From positions 3,373 to 67,372 of the forward strand of contig JBAYKU010000003.1 of NCBI GenBank assembly GCA_041664425.1: a stretch of DNA of 64,000 nt, written 5' to 3'. The position numbers and the translations under genes are program-made. This DNA is from Minisyncoccota bacterium (GTDB lineage Bacteria; Patescibacteriota; Minisyncoccia; Phycocordibacterales; XYD1-FULL-46-19). The number at the start of each line of letters is the position of its first letter. Position 1 is the stretch's first letter. Of the stretch, positions 46,101 to 55,250 are shown one piece after another. A model generated the notes under the pieces. That model saw only the letters and a program-made list of their open reading frames with translations, did no database searches and was not told the DNA's origin.

Positions 46101-46644
46101 AGACAGTGTCCATCTGGAAACTTGGCCAGAAGCAATATCGACCGATGAAAAATTGATTGATCTAATGAAAGAAGTGCGAAAAGTAGTAACTTTAGGTTTG
46201 GAGATGCGCATGTCAGCTGGGGTCAAGGTGCGTCAGCCTTTGCAGAGTATCGCTATTGCTGATAAAAAATTGTTGGGACAAAATGAATTATTGGAACTGG
46301 TCAAAGATGAATTGAATGTTAAAGAAGTTATTTTTGATCAGGCTTCAGGGGAGCCGGTCTGGTTGGAGACGAAGATAACCCCAGCTTTGCGTGAAGAGGG
46401 AATGGCTCGTGATTTTATTCGTCTGATTCAGGAAAAACGCAAACAAGAAAATTTGGTGCCGAGTGATCAGGCTGGTCTAAAGATTTTTGTTCGTCCTAGA
46501 AGCCAAGAAGTTTTTAAAAAGTTTATTGATGAAATCAAGCTGGTGGCCGGGTTGAGTGGGGTAGAATTTTTGTCTACTGAGCCAGGGACTGATCCAGATG
46601 GATCAGTCCAAGAAGAACCAGTTTGGTTGGATTTGGTTCGTTAG
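43126..46644 (+). CDS. ileS: isoleucyl-tRNA synthetase (type 2-like) with inserted histidine-phosphatase domain
   Basis: DGPPFATGLPHYGH, GWDCHGLP, WTTTPWTLP, DQTRGWF, KMSKH; RHGE..THG insertion at about 44638-45203. Confidence 0.95.
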   Translation: MEENKDLVEKSALAKREEEILAGWQTKKVFEQSLNQKASKGEFVFYDGPPFATGLPHYGHLIGGTIKDVIPRYKTMQGYHVSRRWGWDCHGLPVENLIEKELDLKTKKEIEDYGIGNFNEKARESVMRYADEWKKIVPRLGRFVDMDNDYRTMDPSYTESIWWIFKNLYDQGLIYEGYKAMQICPRCETTLSNFEVNQGYKDITDISVFIKFELVDEPGTFVVAWTTTPWTLPGNVALAVGADLKYVVTSVEKNKYILLAERLEFLKNKLFADQEVVIEKEITGADLIGLPYEPVFDYYAKDETLKNHERGWRVYGADFVTTEDGTGVVHIAPAFGEDDMKLGQKENLPFVQHVAMNGTFKPEVGDGLAGLRVKPIENPQATDIEIIKILAVKGSLLAKEKIVHSYPHCWRCETPLLNYATSSWFVEVTKIKDKLVTENKKINWVPEHIKEGRFGKWLEGARDWAISRTRFWGAPLPVWRCEACQEKKVFGSLAELQAVMVPAKNNYWIMRHGEAESNLGDSISSDPLAPNHLIEKGKDKVKESAQKLKGEKIDLIISSDFVRTKETAEIMAEELGLTSDQIVFDERLREINPGSFTGKSWGDYNDAFGERINRLNGRLPGGGENFNEVRRRVMAVLYEFEQKYQGKKILVITHGLPAFMIQATVDHWDDRATTYRPYPKPSFEPGDVRAVNFAPIPHNNNYELDYHRPYIDDIEMSCACGGQMKRVPDVFDCWFESGSMPYGQNHYPFEKEKGGFDPTKQTSFPADFIAEGQDQTRGWFYTMLIIGTALFGQSPYKNVVVNGLVLAEDGQKMSKHLKNYPDPLDLVNKYSADVLRLYLMASPAVHAEDLNFSEKGVGEIQRKIISRLLNVVTFLETYGEVKGGEIKTPKTDDILDQWILSRLGQTIAKVEKEFEGYELDRAVWALDDFIDDLSNWYLRRSRDRFRGDNQTDREQANQTLLFVLSVTAKILAPLAPFSADDIYLRLTDGQAKDSVHLETWPEAISTDEKLIDLMKEVRKVVTLGLEMRMSAGVKVRQPLQSIAIADKKLLGQNELLELVKDELNVKEVIFDQASGEPVWLETKITPALREEGMARDFIRLIQEKRKQENLVPSDQAGLKIFVRPRSQEVFKKFIDEIKLVAGLSGVEFLSTEPGTDPDGSVQEEPVWLDLVR

Positions 46645-46648
46645 AAAA

Positions 46649-47239
46649 ATGTCTCATCGTCTATACCACACCGAAGCATTTGTTTTACAACATCGACCGA
46701 GGGGGGAAGATAGTAAACTGTTGTATTTATTTACAGCTGATTTTGGTTTGATTTTGGTGGTCGCTCAGGGGGTGAGAAAACTCGGTTCGAAAATGCGAGC
46801 CAATATCACCGACTACTCCTTTGGCGACTACTCGCTGGTTCGGGGGAGAGAATTTTGGCGGCTGGTTTCTGCTCAAAAGCGAAATGATTTTTCGGCGACT
46901 TTTTCTTCGCCTAAAAAAAGATTGATCGCTGGTAATGTTTTTCGGTTATTGATGGTGCTGACTGGGGAGGAGGAAAGCCAAGAAATTTTTGAAGATTTGA
47001 AACAAGCTTTTGGTTGGTTGAGTCAGATTGCTGAAGATGATAAATTGGTCTCAGTCATTGAGAGGATGCTAGTGCTCCGGCTACTGTCACATTTAGGCTA
47101 TCTCAAATCTGATCCAATTTGGCTTGGTTTGGTCGCGGGAGATTGGACGAGAGAAAAATTGGCCACTTTGATGGCCCCACCTCTCAATCGCGATTCGACT
47201 ATTTTTATAAACAAAATGCTCAGGGATCTGCATTGGTAG
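46649..47239 (+). CDS. recO: DNA repair protein RecO
   Basis: YHTEAFVL..GEDSKLLYLFTADFG..AQGVRK..SK, LLSHLGY. Confidence 0.85.
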   Translation: MSHRLYHTEAFVLQHRPRGEDSKLLYLFTADFGLILVVAQGVRKLGSKMRANITDYSFGDYSLVRGREFWRLVSAQKRNDFSATFSSPKKRLIAGNVFRLLMVLTGEEESQEIFEDLKQAFGWLSQIAEDDKLVSVIERMLVLRLLSHLGYLKSDPIWLGLVAGDWTREKLATLMAPPLNRDSTIFINKMLRDLHW

Positions 47240-47276
47240 AAGAGAAACGCCGGTAATGATATAATCGATAATAATT

Positions 47277-49205
47277 ATGGCCCTACCTGGTTCAGAAGAA
47301 ACAAACAGTTTAAACGAATTACAACGGAAACTTGATCAAGGCACCTTGACCAATGTTCGTTTGAAGCGTTCCAATTTACCTCGGGAGGAATCTGCTGAGG
47401 GTGATGGTTGGTCCCGAGATATTATTGATGACTATAGTGAGGAGGTGCAGTCTTCTTCGTGGCGTAAAATTAAGAATTTTTTAATTATTGCCACTGTTTT
47501 CTTTATTGTTTCTCTGGGGATTGCCTCCATTGTTATTTTGCGAGGTGGTAATTTGATTTCTAATGCCAATATTAATCTCGATGTTCGGGGACCGGTGAGT
47601 ATCAAATCTGGCGATATTTTGCATTTACAAGTGGGAGTGGTAAACCACAACAAGGTGTCTTTGGAATTGGCTAGAGTTTTGGTTGAGTATCCAGACGGCA
47701 CTCGCTCGGCCATAGATGCCACTCAGAATTTTATTCGCGGTAATTACAGTATTGGAATAATAAAAAAGGATGAAGTTATAAATCAGAGCTTTGATGCTCT
47801 GGTTTTTGGTGGTCAAGGCAACCAACAAAAAGTAAAAGTAACTTTGGAATATCGCTTGGCCGGATCGAATAATGTTTTTTCCAAAGAAAAAGATTTTATT
47901 TATTCTATTAGTGATGCACCCGTAACCATGGCAGTTGATTTGCCATCGGAAATGAACGCTGGTCGTGAATTTAATTTTACGATTGATTTGGTTTCTAACT
48001 CGCCAACAATTTTGTCTGACTTGATATTAGACGTTTCTTTCCCGCCAGGATTCCAATTTAAATCTTCAGATATTCCACCTGCTCCGGACGGTCACACCTG
48101 GCGTTTAGGTGATCTGGCCTCTGGTGCTAAGAAAAAAATCACAGTGACTGGCTTTTTATCTGGTCAAGAAAATGAAGCTAAAAGTTTCCGATTTGTTGTC
48201 GGTCCAGCCGAAGGTCGGGTTGGGACTCAGACCGCTTTTGCTTATGGTGATGTTTTAAAAAATCTGGTTATCCGCAATCCTTTTGTTGGAGCTGATTTGG
48301 TTATTAATAACGACTCCGGCTCCGAAATAGTGGCTTCGGCTGGTGATATCCTCAATGGTCAGATTAACTGGACCAACAATCTAGTGAGCAGTATCAGTAA
48401 TCTCCAAGTGGAATTAAAAATTGACGGCAATGTCATAAATCTTCGATCAATCAGAGCTGATAGAGGTTTTTATCGTTCCCAAGACAACAAAATCATCTGG
48501 AATAAAGATCTTGTCGCTGGTATGGAAACCATCACCCCTAACTCTAAAGGGGGAGTATCTTTTTCCTTCTCGGTTTTGCCACTCTCTTCTTTGCGTAGTA
48601 GTTCGGTTAGAAATCCGCAAACCAAACTAACTTTAGTTTTGACTGGTGAAAGACAAACGACCGGCAACCAGTCTGAAGTTGTCAGAACGGAAATAGAAAA
48701 AACCTTAAAAGTCTTATCTGTTCCTCAGCTCGCCACCCAATTGCTTTACAGTAATGGACCTTTTACCAATAGCGGACCGATAAATCCTAAAGTTAATGAG
48801 TCTTCTACTTATACTGTGACTTGGTCAGTAGCCAATCCTTATAGTGAGATCAAGGATGCGCGGGTGACTGCCAGCTTGCCAGTTTATGTCAATTGGCAAT
48901 CAACCATTTCTCCACAAGACGAAAAGTTGACCTACAATCAGGCCACCAGACAAATAACTTGGGACTTGGGAACTTTGCCGGCTGGTTTGGGTTTTGGTTC
49001 CAACCCGAGAGAAGTGTCATTCCAAATCGCTCTTACTCCAAGCTTGGGCCAAGTCGGGGAGACCCCAGTGGTGGTGACTGAGGCTGTTTTAACCGGCACG
49101 GATTCTTTTGCCAACACAGAGGCTCGTTTTAGCCGAGCCGCCTTGTCTACCCGCCATCTCAATGAACCAGGTAAAGTGTCCGGTGTTGGTGTGGTCAGTG
49201 AATAA
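47277..49205 (+). CDS. membrane-anchored protein with Ig-like beta-sandwich repeats
   Basis: One TM near aa 70; W.LG.L repeats; SGPINPKV..TYTVTW. Confidence 0.8.
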   Translation: MALPGSEETNSLNELQRKLDQGTLTNVRLKRSNLPREESAEGDGWSRDIIDDYSEEVQSSSWRKIKNFLIIATVFFIVSLGIASIVILRGGNLISNANINLDVRGPVSIKSGDILHLQVGVVNHNKVSLELARVLVEYPDGTRSAIDATQNFIRGNYSIGIIKKDEVINQSFDALVFGGQGNQQKVKVTLEYRLAGSNNVFSKEKDFIYSISDAPVTMAVDLPSEMNAGREFNFTIDLVSNSPTILSDLILDVSFPPGFQFKSSDIPPAPDGHTWRLGDLASGAKKKITVTGFLSGQENEAKSFRFVVGPAEGRVGTQTAFAYGDVLKNLVIRNPFVGADLVINNDSGSEIVASAGDILNGQINWTNNLVSSISNLQVELKIDGNVINLRSIRADRGFYRSQDNKIIWNKDLVAGMETITPNSKGGVSFSFSVLPLSSLRSSSVRNPQTKLTLVLTGERQTTGNQSEVVRTEIEKTLKVLSVPQLATQLLYSNGPFTNSGPINPKVNESSTYTVTWSVANPYSEIKDARVTASLPVYVNWQSTISPQDEKLTYNQATRQITWDLGTLPAGLGFGSNPREVSFQIALTPSLGQVGETPVVVTEAVLTGTDSFANTEARFSRAALSTRHLNEPGKVSGVGVVSE

Positions 49206-49268
49206 TCAAAATCTTTGGCAAAGATGATTAATTTTGCCAAGTAAGTAAAGCTATAGTATTATCTGCAT

Positions 49269-50354
49269 ATGAACGGCAACGATCGAATCAATTTAGTCAG
49301 TCTATCTTTCAATACTCTCTGGAAGGCGGTTTTGGTTTTCGGTATCGTTTTCTTTGTCTATTATTTGCGAGACGTTTTTCTGGTCTTACTAACCTCGATT
49401 GTTTTTGGTTCGGCGGTTCGACCATTTTCTAATTGGTTTGAGAAATTTAAAATTCCTCGCGTTTTTTCGGTTCTTTTGGTTTATATTATTGCCTTCTCTG
49501 TTGTCCTGGGAACTTTGTATTTTATTATTCCGCCGATTTTTGGAGACATGCTCGATATCGCTCAGACTTTGCCGGCCAAGATTAACTCCTTTATGCAGAC
49601 TAACTCGACTTGGAGCAGTGTGACTGATTTTTCGAACAGTTTTGTTAATGATTTTTCCATTAATGATCTGATGAATTCCAATGTCAGTTCCTATCTCCCA
49701 GCTATCCCTAAAAATGTCATGGAGTTAATCACTTTTCTCTTTAACGGTATTTTTAGCTTCGTTTTGATTATTATTATTTCTTTCTATATTGCTGTTCAGA
49801 AAAATGGTGTTGAGGAATTTTTACGTCTGGTTGTGCCTCTGCGAAGCGAAAATTATGTGATTGATCTCTGGCGAAGAGTTGAAAAGAAGATCGGTGGTTG
49901 GCTCCAAGGGCAGATTTTACTGGGTATTATTATTGGGCCACTCGTTTTTCTCGGTTTGACTTTGTTGGGAGTAAAATACGCTTTGATTTTAGCTATTTTG
50001 GCAGCCGTTTTTGAACTCATCCCATTTTTTGGGCCAGTGCTCTCGGCGGTGCCGGCAGTAATTTTTGCTTTTTCGACTGGGGTGCCGGTCGGTTTAATGA
50101 CAGTTGGTTTCTATGTTGTCGTCCAGCAATTTGAGAACCATCTGATTTATCCATTGGTCGTGCGCAAGATTATTGGCGTGCCACCCCTGATTGTGATTAT
50201 TTCTTTGGTTATTGGGGCCAAACTAGCTGGTTTTCTGGGTATAATTTTAGCAGTACCAGTGGCAACTTTGTTTATGGAGATGGCTAATGATATGGAAACT
50301 CGTAAGGGACTTTTCCGTCTTCAAAGTGCTCAGGCGGAAAAAAATGAAAACTAA
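49269..50354 (+). CDS. AI-2E family transporter
   Basis: GWLQGQ, ELIPFFGP, QQFENHLIYP, GIILAVP. Confidence 0.93.
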   Translation: MNGNDRINLVSLSFNTLWKAVLVFGIVFFVYYLRDVFLVLLTSIVFGSAVRPFSNWFEKFKIPRVFSVLLVYIIAFSVVLGTLYFIIPPIFGDMLDIAQTLPAKINSFMQTNSTWSSVTDFSNSFVNDFSINDLMNSNVSSYLPAIPKNVMELITFLFNGIFSFVLIIIISFYIAVQKNGVEEFLRLVVPLRSENYVIDLWRRVEKKIGGWLQGQILLGIIIGPLVFLGLTLLGVKYALILAILAAVFELIPFFGPVLSAVPAVIFAFSTGVPVGLMTVGFYVVVQQFENHLIYPLVVRKIIGVPPLIVIISLVIGAKLAGFLGIILAVPVATLFMEMANDMETRKGLFRLQSAQAEKNEN

Positions 50355-51789
50355 TTCTTCTCGTTTTTATATCACAACCACTTTGCCTTATGTAAATGCT
50401 AAACCGCATCTTGGTTTTGCGATGGAAATTATTCGGGCTGATATTATTGCTCGCTATCACGGGGCGCTAGGGGAGGAAGTCTTTTTTAACACGGGCACCG
50501 ATGAACATGGTCAGAAGATTTATGATAAGGCTATTGAACTAGGGCAGACCCCTCAGGCCTATGTTGATGAACTAGCCGAGAAATTTCGCGATCTAATCAC
50601 ACCACTGGGTATTAGTTCTGATATTCATTTTATTCGGACGACTGATCAAAATCACATTGAAGCGGCTCAGGAATTTTGGCGTCAATGCGATCACAATGGC
50701 TTTATTTATAAGAAGAATTACCAGACCAAGTATTGTGTTGGTTGTGAATTGGAGAAAACTGACTCAGAACTCGTGGATGGCAAGTGCCCACTTCATTCCA
50801 ATTTAATTTTAGAAATTAGGGATGAGGAAAATTATTTTTTCAAATTTTCGGCTTTTGGTGATAAACTTCTGGCTTTCTATGAAGCGCGACCAGATTTTAT
50901 TTTTCCGGCTGAACGGGTCAATGAGATGAAAGCGTTGATTGAACGGGGTCTGCAAGACTTTAGTATTTCCCGGCTAGCGACGAAAATGTCGTGGGGTATT
51001 CCAGTGCCTGGCGATGAGACTCAGGTGATGTATGTCTGGTTTGATGCTCTAGTGAACTATGTCTCGGCTGTCGGCTGGCCTGATGACCAGGACAGTTTCA
51101 AAAAATGGTGGCTCGATAATGGTGGAGTGGTGCAATATTGTGGCAAGGACAATCTCCGTCAGCAGACAGCTATGTGGCAGGCGATGTTAATGGCCGCCGA
51201 TATTCCGAACTCTAAATGTGTCATTGTTGAAGGTTTTGTCACTAGTGGTGGTCAAAAGATGAGTAAGAGTGCCGGTAATGTCGTTGATCCGCTAGCAGTG
51301 GTAGAAAAATATGGCACTGATGCTCTGCGCTATTTTGTGGCGGGGGAATTGGCTATGTTTGAAGACAGTGATTTTACTTGGGAGCGTTTCCATGATGCTT
51401 ATAATTCCAAACTGGCCAATGGCCTGGGTAATCTCGTCAGTCGGGTGATGAAAATGTCGGAGAGTTATCTCCCTGAGCCGGTGACAGTGGGGGAAGTAGC
51501 TTTGCCTGATGAATTTAAAAAATGGTTAGACGTTTTTGATATTGGTCGGGCGACTGATTTGATTTGGCAAAAAATTACTGAGCTTGATCTTAAAATTCAA
51601 GCCACTCAACCCTTCAAATTAATTAAAGAAGCTCGCCCCGCGGCGGAAAAAATAGTGGCGGAGCTGGTGCAGGGAGTAGCCGAGATTGCCGAGATGTTAA
51701 GTTTTATCATGCCAGCCACCGCCGAAAAAATAAAAGTTTTGATTAAGGAAAACAAAATGCCGGAGCCGCTCTTTTTGCGTAAAAACTAA
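50344..51789 (+). CDS. metG: methionyl-tRNA synthetase (short form)
   Basis: TTTLPYVNAKPHLG, GTDEHGQK, YVWFDAL, KMSKS. Confidence 0.97.
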   Translation: MKTNSSRFYITTTLPYVNAKPHLGFAMEIIRADIIARYHGALGEEVFFNTGTDEHGQKIYDKAIELGQTPQAYVDELAEKFRDLITPLGISSDIHFIRTTDQNHIEAAQEFWRQCDHNGFIYKKNYQTKYCVGCELEKTDSELVDGKCPLHSNLILEIRDEENYFFKFSAFGDKLLAFYEARPDFIFPAERVNEMKALIERGLQDFSISRLATKMSWGIPVPGDETQVMYVWFDALVNYVSAVGWPDDQDSFKKWWLDNGGVVQYCGKDNLRQQTAMWQAMLMAADIPNSKCVIVEGFVTSGGQKMSKSAGNVVDPLAVVEKYGTDALRYFVAGELAMFEDSDFTWERFHDAYNSKLANGLGNLVSRVMKMSESYLPEPVTVGEVALPDEFKKWLDVFDIGRATDLIWQKITELDLKIQATQPFKLIKEARPAAEKIVAELVQGVAEIAEMLSFIMPATAEKIKVLIKENKMPEPLFLRKN

Positions 51790-51790
51790 A

Positions 51791-52639
51791 ATGATTCCCA
51801 AATATTTTGACGCGCATACTCATCTTAATATTCAATTTGATACAGACTGGCAGAAGACAGGGCAGAGAGCTCTGGATGCTGGCGTGGCTTTTGTGAATGT
51901 GGGCGCGGATGTGGAGCGGTCGAAATTGGCCGTGGAACAGGCCAAGTATTTTGGTGCCAATGGGTATGCCACGGTTGGTATTCATCCGACCGAGGATGGC
52001 GCCGATTTTGCGACAATAGAAAAACTGGCCGAGGAGGATTGCGTTGTAGCGATTGGAGAGTGTGGATTGGAACTAATGGAAAATGAAAAAAATACCCACC
52101 AAAATTTTTCTGCGAAAAACTTAAGTGGGCAAGAAACACAAAATGACAATGAAAAATTAAAAAGTTTTGAATATAATAAAAAAATACAGGAGGAGTTGTT
52201 TAGAAGGCATATTGAGTTGGCACTAAAATTGGATAAACCGCTGATGATTCACTGTCGCGAAGCCTACGAAGATACTTGGGAAATTTTAAATGAATATCGG
52301 CAAAAAGTGGGGGAGAAGCTAAAATTCAACATGCATTTCTTCGCTGGGGATTGGGCTATTGCCCAAAAGTTCCTGGCTTTGGGTGGTTACCTATCCTTTA
52401 CTGGCGTGATCACTTTTACCGACCAATATGACGAAGTGATCAAAAAAATGCCCCTCGATCGGCTGATGGCCGAGACTGACGCCCCCTTTGTTGCTCCTGT
52501 GCCGTACCGAGGGAAGCGCAATGAGCCAGCCTATGTGGTTCTAGTGGCCGACAGGATTGCCGAATTGCGTTCAGAGTCACGGGAGGAGGTTTTAGAGGCT
52601 CTGATCGGTAATACTAGGCGGTTTTTTGGAATAAATTAA
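51791..52639 (+). CDS. tatD: TatD family nuclease
   Basis: DAHTH, GIHP, IGECGL, IHCR, ETDAPF..P..RGKRNEP; extra segment after GECGL. Confidence 0.95.
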   Translation: MIPKYFDAHTHLNIQFDTDWQKTGQRALDAGVAFVNVGADVERSKLAVEQAKYFGANGYATVGIHPTEDGADFATIEKLAEEDCVVAIGECGLELMENEKNTHQNFSAKNLSGQETQNDNEKLKSFEYNKKIQEELFRRHIELALKLDKPLMIHCREAYEDTWEILNEYRQKVGEKLKFNMHFFAGDWAIAQKFLALGGYLSFTGVITFTDQYDEVIKKMPLDRLMAETDAPFVAPVPYRGKRNEPAYVVLVADRIAELRSESREEVLEALIGNTRRFFGIN

Positions 52640-52760
52640 AAAAAGAAGGGGTTTTGACCCGGTAGTAGATTTTGGCGTTGCTCTGTAAGAGCGTTTGCCT
52701 TTAGCAAACGACGCCAAAATTCACTACTGGGTTGACCTTTTCTGCTCGTATGCTAGGATT

Positions 52761-53276
52761 ATGCCCATGGAAACACAGGAAATTATTGCTGGTCAACCCG
52801 CTAATCTTTATGAGATTGGCTATTTATTGAATCCTTTAATCCCAGCCGAAGGAGTCTCTGCTGAAGCTGATAAGGCTTTGCGTACCCCGATCGAGGCTTT
52901 GGGTGGGGAAGTCACTAGTCAGTTGATGCCATTTATGCGTCCGTTGGCCTATGCTGTTAGTAAATCTATCGGCAGCAAGCGCAGTTCATACAAAGATGCT
53001 TATTTTGGCGCCCTACGCTTTGAACTTACCTCTGATAAAATTGCCGATCTGAAAGATGCTCTCGATAAAAGTGAGATGATTCTACGTTTTCTTTTAATTC
53101 GTTTACCTAAAAATGCCGAAAGAGTAATTAATTTTACTTACCGTAAACCCGCTTCCCGTCACGAAGGTTCTGCCGACCGTCCTGTCGCTAAAGAAGCTGA
53201 AGCTATCGAAAAGGTAGAAATTAATGAAGAACAAATCGATAAAGAAATCGAAGATTTGTTAGTCACAGCCGAATAA
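52761..53276 (+). CDS. rpsF: 30S ribosomal protein S6
   Basis: YEIGYLLNP, RPLAY, ILRFLLI; rpsF-ssb-rpsR order. Confidence 0.88.
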   Translation: MPMETQEIIAGQPANLYEIGYLLNPLIPAEGVSAEADKALRTPIEALGGEVTSQLMPFMRPLAYAVSKSIGSKRSSYKDAYFGALRFELTSDKIADLKDALDKSEMILRFLLIRLPKNAERVINFTYRKPASRHEGSADRPVAKEAEAIEKVEINEEQIDKEIEDLLVTAE

Positions 53277-53279
53277 ACA

Positions 53280-53738
53280 ATGTATCTAAACAAGGCGATA
53301 ATTTATGGTAACTTGACTCGCGACCCAGAGCGCCGAGCTTTGCCATCTGGCGCTTCGGTAGTCAATTTTTCTGTTGCTACTTCTCGAGTTTGGAAGGATA
53401 AGAGTGGTGCTCGTCAGGAAGATACTCAATTCCACAATATTGTCGCTTTCGCTCAGTTAGCTGATCTGATTTCCCAATATTTACGCAAAGGTTCCGGTGT
53501 CTTAGTAGAGGGTAGAATGCAGACCCGAAGCTGGGATAGCCCTGAGGGCAAAAAATACCGCACCGAAATCGTAGCGGATGCCATCCAGTTTGGCCCTAAG
53601 CGTGACGGTGCTCCAGCTCCTGCTGATTATGGCAAGGCTGATAGCAAGGGGAGTCAGGTAAATGAACAGCCAAGTCAGCCGGTCGACACGATTCAGTATC
53701 CCGAAGAGGATATTAATCCAGACGACATTCCATTTTAG
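53280..53738 (+). CDS. ssb: single-stranded DNA-binding protein
   Basis: LNKAIIYGNLTRDPE, VEGRMQTRSW, C-terminal DDIPF. Confidence 0.98.
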   Translation: MYLNKAIIYGNLTRDPERRALPSGASVVNFSVATSRVWKDKSGARQEDTQFHNIVAFAQLADLISQYLRKGSGVLVEGRMQTRSWDSPEGKKYRTEIVADAIQFGPKRDGAPAPADYGKADSKGSQVNEQPSQPVDTIQYPEEDINPDDIPF

Positions 53739-53758
53739 AAAAAATAAATTTAAATTTT

Positions 53759-53959
53759 ATGAAGCAATGCCATTTTTGTACTAATAATGCTAAGGATATC
53801 GACTATAAGGATACTGAAGCCTTGAAAGGTTTCCTCGATTCTCATGCTCGTATCGTTAAGCATCGCCGAACCTCTGTTTGTTCTCTTCATCAGCGCAAGC
53901 TTACCGAAGCCATCAAACACGCTCGTTTCCTAGCCCTCTTGCCATTCTCAGTCGGTTAA
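53759..53959 (+). CDS. rpsR: 30S ribosomal protein S18
   Basis: CHFC..IDYKD, HQRKLTEAIKHARFLALLPF. Confidence 0.97.
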   Translation: MKQCHFCTNNAKDIDYKDTEALKGFLDSHARIVKHRRTSVCSLHQRKLTEAIKHARFLALLPFSVG

Positions 53960-54537
53960 AAAAGACCACAAAAATCCCGCCCTATCTCAAGGCGGGATTT
54001 TTGTTGACAGAAAAGATATTTTCTGTTAGTAATAGACGAGCGAACGGCTACCTCGTGTAGCGTCGCGTCCTGAGGTGAATCCGTCGTCCCCCCGCGACGT
54101 CACCTCAGGACCTCCCTAAAACCACCTTTGATTATCTTCGGCTACCTGCCGACAGTTATAGTCAGCAAGGTGGTTCTTTTTTTGTTGAAAAATAGGGGAG
54201 CTGAGATATCCACAGGCCTCTTGACGACTTTTATGGATTTGTTAAACTAAGATCAGATCAGTTCGTTGTGTGGTTTAGACAAAGAGCTTTCGCATAAGCA
54301 GATTGTGATCGTGGACCCCAGATCCATGATTAACGAACGTGTGACCGTCGCCATTACATTCCATCGCCGAGTGCGACGAATGTCATACAAAAACCAATCT
54401 CGCATCCTCCTGTGCTATAGGATGTCATCTGGATTGAGCTCTCGACTAATTGTCTCACCACACCCCGTTTTCCCCGCCTCGTACTGGCCTCGTGTGCAGT
54501 ACCTGGCGGTTTCTTTTTGCCAGAAATTTTTCCAATT

Positions 54538-54579
54538 AAAATTCCCCCGAGCCGACTAGTGTCGGCTCGGGGGAATTTT
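54538..54579. terminator. bidirectional terminator downstream of efp
   Basis: AAAATTCCCCCGAGCCGAC-TAGT-GTCGGCTCGGGGGAATTTT. Confidence 0.8.
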
Positions 54580-54595
54580 CTGCGTTAATCCGCGT

Positions 54596-55156
54596 CTACA
54601 CTCGCTCTGTATATTCGCCTGACTCAGTATTGATTCTAATTATATCTCCAGCATTGATGAACATTGGGGTATTGATAGTGGCACCAGTTTCTAGGGTGAC
54701 CAACTTAACTCCGCCCTGAACGGTATTACCTTTGACTGCTGGGGGAGCGTCTTTGACTTTGAGCTCCACTTTGATAGGTATTTTTACACCGAGAGTGCGA
54801 TCACCAAAAGACAAGACATCAACAATCGAGTTGGCTTTAACAAATTTGATTTGATCACCGACGGTCTCATGAGGAAAGGAAAAACGCTTACTAGGATCTT
54901 TTTCTTCACAGAACCAGTATTCATTGCGGTTCTCGTAGAGGTATTTGACCTTGCGAGTTTCAATTTCGGCTTCCTCTACCTTTTCACTTTGATGAAAAGA
55001 AATTTCCATCACTTTGCCAGTAAAAAGATTCTTTAATTTGGTAGCGTTGACTGGCTTGCGTTGTTGTTTGCGGAAGACGTGAGAATCGAGGACTTCAAAA
55101 GGCTCGCCTTCATAGACGATAAACTTGCGCGGTTTGATTTCGTTGTATTCAAGCAT
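54596..55156 (-). CDS. efp: elongation factor P
   Basis: TKLKNLFTG, PPAVKGNT, LETGATINTPMFINAGDIIRINTESGEYTER. Confidence 0.93.
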   Translation of the reverse strand: MLEYNEIKPRKFIVYEGEPFEVLDSHVFRKQQRKPVNATKLKNLFTGKVMEISFHQSEKVEEAEIETRKVKYLYENRNEYWFCEEKDPSKRFSFPHETVGDQIKFVKANSIVDVLSFGDRTLGVKIPIKVELKVKDAPPAVKGNTVQGGVKLVTLETGATINTPMFINAGDIIRINTESGEYTERV

Positions 55157-55207
55157 GATAGATTTCTTAAGGGCTAAAGATATTGCAGTCTAACCCGATT
55201 TATTCAC

Positions 55208-55250
55208 AAATTCAACCCCGCCCTCTCGGAGAGAGGGCGGGGTTGAATTT
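55208..55250. terminator. 20-bp perfect hairpin at recA 3' end
   Basis: AAATTCAACCCCGCCCTCTC-GGA-GAGAGGGCGGGGTTGAATTT. Confidence 0.75.

Noticed and set aside
54266-54559. 97-aa ORF between rpsR and efp
   Set aside because: Runs into the terminator stem, has atypical composition and no motif; not called as CDS.
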